Positions 17,501 through 26,984 are shown, numbered from the stretch's first letter. The stretch: DNA of 32,000 nt from Kineococcus radiotolerans SRS30216 = ATCC BAA-149 (GCF_000017305.1 NC_009664.2:90001-122000); one strand, 5' to 3'. Numbers and translations are program-made. Notes: generated by a model from the letters alone, not told the origin.

Positions 17501-17736
17501 CGCGGGCAGGCGAACGAGGCTCAGCGGCCCGGGCTGCCAGCCACGTGACCGATCCGATGACCACGAAGGCGGACACCACCCCATCGGCCTCCTCGCCGCC
17601 CTGTTCAGGCACCGGGGACGACCACCAGCCCGCAGCAGGGGCGTGCGCACCACGCGAGATCGACGTCGCAGTCATCCGCGGTCACCCCGTAGCCCGCGCG
17701 CAGCCGGACGACCGGCGGCCTCCGGTGGGCGACCGG

Positions 17737-18390
17737 TCACCGGCTCTCCAGCAGCGGCGCGTAGTCGGCGGCGGTCAAAGGCTCGGACGAACGCTCCCCG
17801 CTGGGCAACGGCACCTCGAGCACCTCCCCCGCGCGCACCAGTTGCACCGACTGCACCCCGGGTACCGCGGCCACGCTCAGGACGATCTGTCCGACGGCCA
17901 GCGGCAACCGGTCCGCGGCGAGGTTGAGGCCCAGCTCCCCGACCACGATCCGCGCCGTGCCGTCCTGCAGGCTCTCCACGCCCAGGGTGACGTCGGGGCC
18001 CACGGCGCTGGCCAGGCCACGCGCCCGCTCCCCCTCCTCCGGGCCGCGGGTGAGCCGGCGCAGCACCAGCGTCAACGGGTCGCCGCCTTCGCCCGCGCTC
18101 TCCTCGCCCCCCAGGGGCACCGCGACCAGCGCGGCATCGACGGTGAGGAAGTACACCAGCGGTCCGGCACCGAGCGGCGCGGTCCCGGTGACCGCCGGCT
18201 CCGGTGACGAGGTCGCAGGATCCAGCAGACCGTGGGGCACCTCGCTGGGTGCGACGACCCGCACCTCGTCGCCCGCCGGGGTCGAGCACGCGCTGACCGA
18301 GGCGAGCACGAGGGAGCAGACGGCGGCGAGGACGGCGGCCCGCACCCCCAGCGCGCGGGGTTCCGCGAGGGGCCCCAGCTTCGGCCTCAC
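17737..18390 (-). CDS. GerMN-domain lipoprotein (short LpqB-like), third gene of the two-component operon
   Basis: GTG 18390 overlaps the kinase stop (GTGA). Signal and lipobox: AAVLAAVCSLVLASVSA-C. The GerMN-like pattern is LVYFLTVDAALVAVP...LRRLTRGPEE...GLASAV. 217 aa. Confidence 0.75.
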   Translation of the reverse strand: MRPKLGPLAEPRALGVRAAVLAAVCSLVLASVSACSTPAGDEVRVVAPSEVPHGLLDPATSSPEPAVTGTAPLGAGPLVYFLTVDAALVAVPLGGEESAGEGGDPLTLVLRRLTRGPEEGERARGLASAVGPDVTLGVESLQDGTARIVVGELGLNLAADRLPLAVGQIVLSVAAVPGVQSVQLVRAGEVLEVPLPSGERSSEPLTAADYAPLLESR

Positions 18391-19919
18391 GCCGGGCCTC
18401 GCGACGTGCGACGGGGCCCGGTGGAGGTGGGGTTCGAGTGTTCGCCGGCGGCGTCGTCGGCGGGGCTGCTGACGCGGGCCTCCCCCGCAGGGGGTGCTGC
18501 CAGGGCGGGCAACTGCACCACGAACCGTGCCCCACCGGCGGGGGACGTGCTGCAGCGCACGGCACCACCGTGGCCGTGCACGGTCTCGGCGACCAGGCTC
18601 AAACCCAGTCCCGTGCCCGGCAGCGACCCGCGGGAGCCGACGCGCGCGAAACGCTCGAAGACCTGCCGCCGCTGCGCGGGGGGTACGCCCGGTCCCGCGT
18701 CGTCGACCAGGACGCGCACGACGGCGTCGTCGGCGTCGACCTGCACCCCCACCAGACCCCGCCCGTGCCGGTCGGCGTTGTCGAAGAGGTTCACCAGGGC
18801 CCGTTCCAGCTGCTGGGCGTTCCCGTGCACCCACCCCTGCTGCTCAGCGAGCACGGGCACGTTCCGGCGACCGCTGCCGGTCAGGGCTCGTCGCACGAGG
18901 TCGGCGGCGTCGATCGGAGCGCGGTCGGAGGAGTCCGTCCCGGACTCCAGGCGGCTCAGCTCCAGCAGGTCGTCCAGGGTCCGTGCGAAGCGCCGCAGTT
19001 CGGCGTCGACGAGGTCCAGGACCTGTCGCGAGCGCGGGGACAGTTCCGCTCGGCGCTTCTGCAGCAGCGCCACGCTGGTGGTGAGGGTGGTCAGGGGTGA
19101 GCGCAGCTCGTGGCTGACGTCGGCGCTGAAACGCGCCTCGCGCTGGATCTGCTCCTCCAGCGCGTCGACCATGGTGTTGAAGGACCCGACGATCGTCGCC
19201 AGGTCGGGGTCCTGCGTGAGCGGCAGACGGGTTCCGGGCTCACCGCCGGCGATGCGCACCGCGGTGCGCGCCACCGCGTTCAGCGGGGCCACGGCCCTCC
19301 CCGCGGCCCACACCCCCAGCAGGGCCCCGCCGGCTGCGGTGGAGACCGCGAAGGCGGCCAGCGCGGTCCGCACGGTGCGCAGCGTGCGTTCCAGCTCCGT
19401 GGTCGTGGTGATCTCGTAGTACTGCGCCTGCACCGCCGGCAGCGGCACCCCGACGACGAGGACCGGCTCCGCGCCGGTGTCGGCCCAGCTCGAGGCTGCG
19501 TCGCCGGAGTCCACCGCCTGCCGCAGGCCGTCGGGGACGTCCAGGGCGCCGACCTCCAGGGAAGTGGAGTACCAGCGACCCTCCTGGTGCACCAGCACCT
19601 CCGACCCGTCCGGCGGGGACAGCGCGGCGAGCGCCTCCCCCACCGGCAGGCCGGTGGTGCGCAGGCTGTCCCGCACGGAGGAGGCGTCGGCGAAGGCCTG
19701 CCGCAGCGCGGTCTGCTCGCGTTGGTCGAGGAGGTACTGACGGGTGACGGCGAAGGTCGCCAGCGCGGTCAGCGTCGCGAGGAGGGTGGCTCCCAGGGTG
19801 AAGGAGAGGATGAGGCCGGCGCGCAACCCAGGGGCGTGCCGACGACCCGGCCACCGTCCCGGCCAGCGCGCCGACGATCCGTTCGGCCGCCGGACCCGTC
19901 GATCGCTCCCCGCGCGCAC
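18387..19919 (-). CDS. Sensor histidine kinase (two TM segments, HAMP, HisKA, HATPase)
   Basis: 510 aa. H-box FSADVSHELRSPLTTL, N-box LVNLFDNADRHG, G-boxes DDAGPGVP and GTGLGLSLV. GTG 19919 lies 1 nt after the response-regulator stop. Confidence 0.9.
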   Translation of the reverse strand: MRAGSDRRVRRPNGSSARWPGRWPGRRHAPGLRAGLILSFTLGATLLATLTALATFAVTRQYLLDQREQTALRQAFADASSVRDSLRTTGLPVGEALAALSPPDGSEVLVHQEGRWYSTSLEVGALDVPDGLRQAVDSGDAASSWADTGAEPVLVVGVPLPAVQAQYYEITTTTELERTLRTVRTALAAFAVSTAAGGALLGVWAAGRAVAPLNAVARTAVRIAGGEPGTRLPLTQDPDLATIVGSFNTMVDALEEQIQREARFSADVSHELRSPLTTLTTSVALLQKRRAELSPRSRQVLDLVDAELRRFARTLDDLLELSRLESGTDSSDRAPIDAADLVRRALTGSGRRNVPVLAEQQGWVHGNAQQLERALVNLFDNADRHGRGLVGVQVDADDAVVRVLVDDAGPGVPPAQRRQVFERFARVGSRGSLPGTGLGLSLVAETVHGHGGAVRCSTSPAGGARFVVQLPALAAPPAGEARVSSPADDAAGEHSNPTSTGPRRTSRGPA

Positions 19920-19920
19920 G

Positions 19921-20652
<732 letters not shown>

Positions 20653-20849
20653 ACCGTGATGCTGCCAGTGCTCCGGCCCCGCCGGGCACCCCGCCCCAGT
20701 CCTGGTCGGGATCGTCACACGATCGCAAAGAAGACGACCGGGTGACCGCAACACTGCTCCAGCAGGATGGGGCCACGCCCCGCCGTGGAAGCGGTGGGGC
20801 GGCCACCGTCCTCGTCGCCGGGCGAGGCTCGCACCACCGGGAGGGGCGG

Positions 20850-21395
20850 GTGAGCGCCGTGCACGTGCTGGGTCACCGGCGGAGCCTCGACGAGGACGTC
20901 GCCGTCGTGGTGCTGCGCGAGGCGTCCGTGCGGCGAGGCGTGGGGACCCTGCGCCGAGACCTGGCCTCCACCCTGGACAGCGGCGTCAGCACCGTGGTCA
21001 TCGACGTCTCCGGGGTGCAGGACCTGTCCTCGGTGGTGGTGGGGCTGCTGCTGCGGGTCAAGCGCTGCTGCCGGGCGCGCGGCGGGCGGGTGGTCCTGCG
21101 CGGCCTGAACCGCGCCGACCTGCACGTGATGCACCGCACGGGCCTGAGCTCCCTCTTCGACATCGAGACACCCGCACCCGCACCCGCACCCGCACCCGCA
21201 CCCGCACCCGAGGAGGACGTCGTGATCACCGCACCCGTCTTCACCGCCGAGCTCACCGAGCAGATCCAGCTGGCCCTCGCCGAGCAGCGCGCAGCCGAGC
21301 AGCGCGGTGACGTCGAAGCCGCCGAGGTGGCCGCCGGACGCGTGCAGGACCTGCGTGAGCTGCACGCGCGCGCCCAGGAGACCGCGCTCGGCTGA
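20850..21395 (+). CDS. STAS-domain protein (anti-sigma-factor-antagonist-like) with a (PA)n linker and a helical C-terminal extension
   Basis: Track ORF 20742..21395. I favour GTG 20850, which follows GGGAGGGG. STAS pattern: VAVVVLREASVRRGVGTLRRDLASTLDSGVSTVVIDVSGVQDLSSVVVGLLLRVKRCCRARGGRVVLRGLNRADLHVMHRTGLSSLFDI. The start is uncertain. Confidence 0.7.
   Translation: MSAVHVLGHRRSLDEDVAVVVLREASVRRGVGTLRRDLASTLDSGVSTVVIDVSGVQDLSSVVVGLLLRVKRCCRARGGRVVLRGLNRADLHVMHRTGLSSLFDIETPAPAPAPAPAPAPEEDVVITAPVFTAELTEQIQLALAEQRAAEQRGDVEAAEVAAGRVQDLRELHARAQETALG
21169..21210 (+). repeat. Perfect hexanucleotide microsatellite (CACCCG)x7 inside the STAS gene
   Basis: Counted directly: seven contiguous CACCCG units. 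In frame they encode TP(AP)6. Confidence 0.95.
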
Positions 21396-21515
21396 CGCCG
21401 GGCGCGCGTTCGAGGCCCTCGAGGTCGTTCGTCGGGGTTCGGGGGATCCGCGAAACCCGAACTGCGCGGGTGGACCCACCCGCCGGACACCGCGTTCCAC
21501 GGGAGGGAGACGGAG

Positions 21516-22025
21516 ATGTCGTCCACGGTCGAGCCCACACCCACCGGCCGCGCCTGCGCCGAGTGCCGCCTGCGTTTCGCCGGTTCCCGGCAACTCCACC
21601 GGCACGTCGTGTCGGACCACCGTCCGGCCCCCGACGGTGCGTGGCTGATCGAGGCCCTGCTGAGCGCACCGCCGCGTTCCCCGGGCCACCCGCCCGCACC
21701 CGTCGGTGCCGCGGGAGTGCCTCGGGCAGGTGCGCCCGGAGCGGAGCCAGGAAACCCGGCACCCGCGGGAGCCGCCCCTCCGACGTCCGTGGGCGGGCGG
21801 GCGGACCGGTTCTCGCAGCTCCGCCCGTCCGCGTCGGCGTCGCTGCGCTCCACCGCAGCGCTGCTCCTCCTCGGGTGGGTCCTGCACGGGTTGGGGATCG
21901 CCTGGACCACGCTGCTCCACACCGTCGCGGTCCTGGCTCTGCTCACCGGCACGGCCGTGCTGCTGTTCTGGATGCACACCAGCGCCGGACGCGGTCCGCA
22001 GGGGCCACCTGCGGACCGGTCCTGA
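21516..22025 (+). CDS. Hypothetical membrane protein with an N-terminal classical C2H2 zinc-finger signature and two C-terminal TM helices
   Basis: 169 aa. Strong SD GGGAGGGAGACGGAG sits immediately before the ATG. Residues 14-35, [22 protein letters not shown], fit C-X2-C-X3-F-X5-L-X2-H-X4-H. A Pro/Ala/Gly-rich linker follows, then [21 protein letters not shown] and [17 protein letters not shown]. Confidence 0.7.
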   Translation: MSSTVEPTPTGRACAECRLRFAGSRQLHRHVVSDHRPAPDGAWLIEALLSAPPRSPGHPPAPVGAAGVPRAGAPGAEPGNPAPAGAAPPTSVGGRADRFSQLRPSASASLRSTAALLLLGWVLHGLGIAWTTLLHTVAVLALLTGTAVLLFWMHTSAGRGPQGPPADRS

Positions 22026-22212
22026 ACCGGGTGTTCCGCCTCCCGCCGCCCCTGGGCGGCCACCCCGGTGCGGGCGTCCGCGGGAAGGGGATCCACCGGT
22101 TCCCGGCGCGGGGGGACGCTGGTGCCGGTACTGTGTCCCACGGTGTGCCGGGAAGTCTGGTCGGCGAAGTCTTCAGCGATCCGTGAAGTCCTCGACCAGG
22201 GAGCAGACACCG

Positions 22213-23571
22213 GTGACGTCCCCCACCCCGCACGACCCCACCCCGCCCACGCCCCCGCGCGGGAGCACCCCGTTGTTCAGCCGCGGGTCGTGGCTGGAAA
22301 CCCGGCGCATCACCGACGTGCTGCGCAAGGAGACCATCGGCGGCGCCCTGCTCCTGCTCGGCACCGTCGTCGCCCTGGTGTGGGCCAACTCCCCCTGGTC
22401 CAGCTCCTACGCGGGTCTGCGCGACACCGTGATCGCCCCCTCCCTCCTGCACCCCCTGCACCTGGACCTCACCCTGGGGCAGTGGGCCGCGGACGGGCTG
22501 CTGGCGATCTTCTTCTTCATCGCCGGTCTCGAGCTCAAGCGCGAGTTCGTCGCCGGTGACCTGCGCGACCCCCGCCGGGCCCTGGTCCCCGTCGCCGCCG
22601 CCGTCGGCGGCATGGCCGTCCCCGCCGTGGTGTACGTCCTCGTCGCCCGCTCCGCCGGGGACGGCGCCCTGAACGGCTGGGCGATCCCCACCGCCACCGA
22701 CATCGCCTTCGCCGTCGCGGTCCTGGCCGTGATCAGCACCCACCTGCCCACCGCGCTGCGCACCTTCCTGCTCACCCTCGCGGTCGTGGACGACCTGCTG
22801 GCCATCACCATCATCGCGATCTTCTACACCGACACCCTCGCCGTCCTGCCGCTGCTGGGTGCCCTGGCCGTCATCGCCGTCTTCGGGCTGCTGGTGCAGA
22901 AGCGGATCCGTTCCTGGTGGCTGCTGATCCCGCTGGCCGTGGTGGCGTGGGCGCTGATGCACGCCTCCGGCATCCACGCCACCGTCGCCGGGGTCCTGCT
23001 CGGCTTCACCGTCCCCGTCCTCCGCTCCCGGGCCGCGGGCGGGCCCGAAGCCGGACCGGGCATGGCCGAGCACTTCGAACACGTCTGGCGACCGCTCTCG
23101 GCCGGCTTCGCCGTGCCCGTCTTCGCGTTCTTCTCCGCCGGTGTCACCGTCGGCGGCCTCAGCGGGCTGGTCGACTCCCTGCAGGACCGGGTCGCGCTGG
23201 GCATCGTCGCGGGTCTGGTGGTCGGCAAGGCGGCCGGCATCCTCGGCGCCACCGCCGCCGTCTCGCGCTTCACCCGCGCCCGCCTGGACCCCAGCCTGTC
23301 CTGGTGGGACGTGCTGGGCGCATCCCTGCTGGGCGGGATCGGGTTCACCGTCTCCCTGCTCATCGGGGAACTCGCCTTCGGGGCGGGCAGCGTGCGCGAC
23401 GAGCACGTCAAGGTCGGTGTCCTCACCGGGTCCCTGCTCGCCGCCGCCCTGGCCGCGGTCGTCCTCCGGGCCCGCAACCGCGTCTACCGGCGCCTGCACG
23501 AGGCCGAGCGGGTCGACGAGGACGCCGACGGCGTCCCCGACGTCTACCAGGCCCCCCGCCTGAACGGCTGA
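22213..23571 (+). CDS. nhaA: Na+/H+ antiporter NhaA
   Basis: GTG 22213 within the 621-aa track ORF, with AGGGAG about 9 nt upstream. Motifs: [67 protein letters not shown] (the NhaA DD pair). About 452 aa. Confidence 0.92.
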   Translation: MTSPTPHDPTPPTPPRGSTPLFSRGSWLETRRITDVLRKETIGGALLLLGTVVALVWANSPWSSSYAGLRDTVIAPSLLHPLHLDLTLGQWAADGLLAIFFFIAGLELKREFVAGDLRDPRRALVPVAAAVGGMAVPAVVYVLVARSAGDGALNGWAIPTATDIAFAVAVLAVISTHLPTALRTFLLTLAVVDDLLAITIIAIFYTDTLAVLPLLGALAVIAVFGLLVQKRIRSWWLLIPLAVVAWALMHASGIHATVAGVLLGFTVPVLRSRAAGGPEAGPGMAEHFEHVWRPLSAGFAVPVFAFFSAGVTVGGLSGLVDSLQDRVALGIVAGLVVGKAAGILGATAAVSRFTRARLDPSLSWWDVLGASLLGGIGFTVSLLIGELAFGAGSVRDEHVKVGVLTGSLLAAALAAVVLRARNRVYRRLHEAERVDEDADGVPDVYQAPRLNG

Positions 23572-23678
23572 GCCGCGGCTCGGGCCAGACTCCCGGGGAG
23601 CAGCACCCGCCACGAAGACCCACCCACCGGCTCGAGCTCGGCCGATCCCGAGATCGATCCACCAGAACGGAGTGACCC

Positions 23679-25220
23679 ATGGACCTCGTCGTCGCGGCCG
23701 TCGTCGTGGGGGCGCTCGTCGTCCTCCTCGTCGTGGCCGCCATCGCCGTGAAGGTGCGCTACAAGATCGCCAGCCCCTCCGAAGCCCTCATCATCGTCGG
23801 CAAGAAGGGCCGCCCGGTCACCAACCCCCAGACCGGGGAAGTCACCACCGACCTGTCCGGCCAGAAGGTCGTCATGGGCGCCGGGGTCTTCGTCAAGCCG
23901 CTGGTGCAGCAGGCGCACCGCCTCTCGCTGTCCTCGGTGCGCATCCCCATCTCCATCCGCGGCGCCGTCTCCCGCCAGGGCATCCGGTTGAACGTGGACG
24001 GGGTCGCCATCGTCAAGGTCGGCGGCACCGAGGACTTCGTGCGCGCCGCCTCCCAGCGCTTCCTGCAGCAGCAGAAGGAGATCGAACCCTTCACCCAGGA
24101 AGTCCTCGCCGGCAGCCTGCGCGGGGTCATCGGCACCCTGACTGTGGAGGAGATCATCCGCGACCGCGTCGCGTTCGCCCGGCAGGTCGAGGAGGAGGCC
24201 GTCACCAGCCTCAACAACCAGGGCCTGGTCCTGGACACCCTGCAGATCCAGGACGTCAGCGACGACGGCAACTACCTCAAGGACCTCGGCCGCCCCGAAG
24301 CGGCCAACGCCCGGCGCGCCGCCGAGATCGCCGAAGCCAACAACGCCCAGGAAGCCCAGCAGGCCCAGGCGCTGTCCGACGCCAAGATCGCCCAGGCCCA
24401 GCGCGACCTGGCCCTGCAGCAGGCGCAGTTCCGCGCCGACCAGGACAAGGCCGCCGCCGAGGCCGACGCCGCCGGCCGCCTCGCGGAGGCCGCCGCCCAG
24501 CAGCAGGTCCTGCAGGAGCAGGAACGCGTCGCCCAGCGCCAGGCGGAACTGACCGAACGCACCCTGGACACCGAGGTCCGCAAACCCGCCGACGCCCGCC
24601 GCTACCAGGCCGAGCAGGAGGCGATGGCGCTGAAGACCGCGCGCGTGCTCTCCGCCCAGGCCGAGCAGCAGGCCGCCGTCGCCGCCGCGCAGGCCGAGGC
24701 GGAACGGGTACGGCTCTCCGCCCAGGCCGACGCCACCCGCGTCCAGCTTGCCGCCGAAGCCGAACTGCAGCGGCGCACCGCCGAAGCCGACGCCGTCCGC
24801 CTGGAGGGGCAGGCCCAGGCCGAGGCCCTCTCCGCCACCGGAGCCGCCAAGGCGGAGGCGCTGCGCAAGGAGGCGCAGGCGTTGCGGGAGTTCGGCCAGG
24901 CCGCGCTCACCCAACGCGCCCTGGAGGTCCTCCCCCAGGTCGCCCAGGCCCTGGCCAGTCCCATCGCCGGCATCAAGGACCTCACCGTCATCTCCAACGA
25001 CGGCGCCGGTGCGCTCAGCCGGTCGGTGGGCGCCAACATGCAGGAGACGTTCGAGGTGCTCAAGCGCACCACCGGCATCGACGTCACCGAACTGCTGCGC
25101 ACCGTCGGCGCCACGCCCGGCGGGGCGACGCCCGCGAGCGGCGGCGGTTCCGCTGCCGGTCCGGGGCCGGCCCCCGCACACGGCCCCGAGAGCGGCCCCG
25201 GTCTCCCCGTCGCGCCGTGA
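23679..25220 (+). CDS. Flotillin-like SPFH/band-7 protein
   Basis: 513 aa. N-terminal TM anchor, then the SPFH domain (ALIIVGKKG...VKVGGTEDFVRAASQRFL...LRGVIGTLTVEEIIRDR), a long Ala/Gln/Glu-rich coiled-coil 'flotillin' region, and a Gly/Pro-rich tail. Confidence 0.9.
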   Translation: MDLVVAAVVVGALVVLLVVAAIAVKVRYKIASPSEALIIVGKKGRPVTNPQTGEVTTDLSGQKVVMGAGVFVKPLVQQAHRLSLSSVRIPISIRGAVSRQGIRLNVDGVAIVKVGGTEDFVRAASQRFLQQQKEIEPFTQEVLAGSLRGVIGTLTVEEIIRDRVAFARQVEEEAVTSLNNQGLVLDTLQIQDVSDDGNYLKDLGRPEAANARRAAEIAEANNAQEAQQAQALSDAKIAQAQRDLALQQAQFRADQDKAAAEADAAGRLAEAAAQQQVLQEQERVAQRQAELTERTLDTEVRKPADARRYQAEQEAMALKTARVLSAQAEQQAAVAAAQAEAERVRLSAQADATRVQLAAEAELQRRTAEADAVRLEGQAQAEALSATGAAKAEALRKEAQALREFGQAALTQRALEVLPQVAQALASPIAGIKDLTVISNDGAGALSRSVGANMQETFEVLKRTTGIDVTELLRTVGATPGGATPASGGGSAAGPGPAPAHGPESGPGLPVAP

Positions 25221-25224
25221 CCGC

Positions 25225-25276
25225 GACGACCGGGCGCTGCGACCGGGCGTGACGACCGGGCGCGATGACCGGTGCT
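25225..25276. repeat. 13-bp tandem repeat, about 4 copies, starting just after the flotillin stop
   Basis: GACGACCGGGCGC / TGCGACCGGGCGT / GACGACCGGGCGC / GATGACCGGTGCT. Copies 1 and 3 are identical. A weaker partial copy overlaps the stop codon. Confidence 0.6.
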
Positions 25277-25584
25277 GCCCCTGACGCCACGGTCCGGAGG
25301 CGGCGGACCTGCCGATGCTCGGCGCCACCACCACCGCGTAGGGAACGAAGCATGCTCCGCAGCACCCGCGACGTCCACGACCGCTCGCCCGCCGCACCGC
25401 CCAGCGCAGCTCACCACCGGTGGTGAGGCGCTCAGGGGCACCGCACCGCACCACCTCCGGCGGCGAACGGACCCCACGCACGCTCCGGGGAGCGCGTCGT
25501 GATCGCCGTGGGCGCGTACCCGCACGGGTCGTCCAAACCCCGCGGCGCGCGCCGGCGCGGGTCCTGCGGTCGGCGCTGACCCGG

Positions 25585-26667
25585 GTGGGAGCGCACGCGA
25601 GGTTCCTGCCCGCTGTGGTGATCCTGGCGGTCTTCGTCCTCGACGTGCTCACCGGGACGCGCGCGGTGGTGGTGACACCGGTGCTCATCGCCCCGCTCCT
25701 GGCCGCCAGCCTGCTGTCCGTGCGCGCGACCGCGACCTACGCGGTCCTGGCCCTGGCCGGCGGCGCCGTGCTGGGCGTCAGGGGTGACCGGTACGACAGC
25801 GAGCTGGGCACCCAGCTGGTCCGGCTGAGCACCATCCTCATCGGCGGGGCCATGGCGGTCGCCGCCGCTCGCGTGCGGCTGGCCCGCGAGCACCGCCTGA
25901 CGCGGGTGCTGAAGATCGCGGCGGTGGCGCAGAGCGCGATCCTGCCCCCCGTCCCGCCGCGGCTGGGGCCGGTGAACGTGGCCGCCTCCTACGACAGCGC
26001 CCAGGAGGAGGCGGCCGTCGGGGGCGACGTCTACGCCGCGGTGCAGAGCCCGTTCGGGGTGCGCCTGCTGCTGGCCGACGTGCGGGGGCACGGCTTGGAG
26101 GCGGTGCACCTGGCCGCCACCGTGCTCGGCGCCTTCCGCGAGCGCGCGCACGAGCGCGGGGACCTGCGCGAGCTGGCTCGGGACCTGGACCGGGCTGTGG
26201 CCCGGGCAGGTGGCGAGGAGGACTTCGTCACCGCCGTGCTCGCCGAGGTGCACGCAGGGGTCCTGCGCGTGGTCAACGCCGGGCACCTGGCCCCGGTGCT
26301 GCTGCGCGCCGGTACCGCCGTCGGCCTGGACCCCCGCCACCCCGCCCTGCCCCTGGGCCTGGGTCTCGGGTCCGGCGGCGGGTCCGGGACCGACCTGGAC
26401 GTGGAGCAGTCGCAGATCCACCTCGAGGCGGGTGACCGGGTGCTGCTGTACACCGACGGGGTCACCGAGGCCCGCCGCCCCGACGACGGGGAGTTCTTCC
26501 CCTTGACCCGCCTGGTCGTGCCCTGCCTGGGCACGGGCGCACTGAGCGCGGGGCTGGCGGAACTGCGCGCAGCAGTGGTCGACTGGGTGCGCGGCCCGGC
26601 GCAGGACGACGTGACCGTCCTGGCCTTCGAGTACGCACCCCACCCCGGCACCTCGGACGACGTCTGA
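25585..26667 (+). CDS. Membrane-anchored PP2C-family (SpoIIE/RsbU-type) serine phosphatase
   Basis: Track ORF 25420..26667. GC3 is lower before about 25585, so I favour GTG 25585, but GTG 25420/25423 cannot be excluded. About 3-4 N-terminal TM helices. PP2C motifs: AVGGDVYA, LLLADVRGHGLEA, FVTAVLAEV, NAGHLAPVLL, LLYTDGVTEA, DDVTVLAF. Confidence 0.85.
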   Translation: MGAHARFLPAVVILAVFVLDVLTGTRAVVVTPVLIAPLLAASLLSVRATATYAVLALAGGAVLGVRGDRYDSELGTQLVRLSTILIGGAMAVAAARVRLAREHRLTRVLKIAAVAQSAILPPVPPRLGPVNVAASYDSAQEEAAVGGDVYAAVQSPFGVRLLLADVRGHGLEAVHLAATVLGAFRERAHERGDLRELARDLDRAVARAGGEEDFVTAVLAEVHAGVLRVVNAGHLAPVLLRAGTAVGLDPRHPALPLGLGLGSGGGSGTDLDVEQSQIHLEAGDRVLLYTDGVTEARRPDDGEFFPLTRLVVPCLGTGALSAGLAELRAAVVDWVRGPAQDDVTVLAFEYAPHPGTSDDV

Positions 26668-26984
26668 GCACCCCGCCCGGCTGGGCGCTCGAGAGGGACC
26701 TCGACCCGCCTCCGGGAACAGCTGGATCGTGGTGCTCCGCTCACCGCTCCGGGCACGGGACCGCCCGTCGATCCCGCAGCTCGGGCCGAACAGGTTCCCG
26801 CGGCGCCGTGACCAGAACCCGAGCCGCCGAACCCGTGACTTCGGTGGGGCGAACCCCGCTCTGCAGGCACCGGGACGGCAGGTTCCCGAGAACACCACGG
26901 GGAGGTCGCACGGACCGTACCGGTATCGGTTGCCCCGCAGGAGAACGCGCGTTTGGACGTCGACCGGCGGCCGTGCCATGCTCG

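Noticed and set aside
17484-17675. 63-aa minus-strand ORF (MTATSISRGAHAPAAGWW...GVVSAFVVIGSVTWLAARAA) between the split lipoprotein and the GerMN gene.
   Set aside because: It has an ATG and one hydrophobic helix, but GC3 is only moderate, there is no clear RBS, and it overlaps the convergent gene end. The evidence is too weak to call.
20710-20724. Palindrome GATCGT-CAC-ACGATC in the response-regulator/STAS divergent intergenic region.
   Set aside because: Arms of only 6 bp are within chance expectation. It is noted as the least GC-rich part of that region (probable promoter zone) but not called.
21437-21462. Hairpin GTTCGGG-N12-CCCGAAC after the STAS gene as a terminator.
   Set aside because: - The stem is 7 bp with a large loop and no U-tract.
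- The downstream ZnF gene is only about 55 nt away and may be co-transcribed.
- The evidence is insufficient to annotate.
21169-25276. Whether the (CACCCG)x7 tract or the 13-bp repeats could be a CRISPR array or a mobile-element terminus.
   Set aside because: - Repeat units are far too short and contiguous, with no spacers.
- No cas, transposase or integrase genes and no terminal inverted repeats occur anywhere in the window.
25420-25584. N-terminal 55-codon extension of the PP2C ORF as given in the track.
   Set aside because: - GC3 drops to roughly four-fifths here, against near-saturation in the body of the gene.
- The peptide is Arg-rich with no features.
- It is not fully excluded because of the GTGA coupling with the upstream mini-ORF (see findings).
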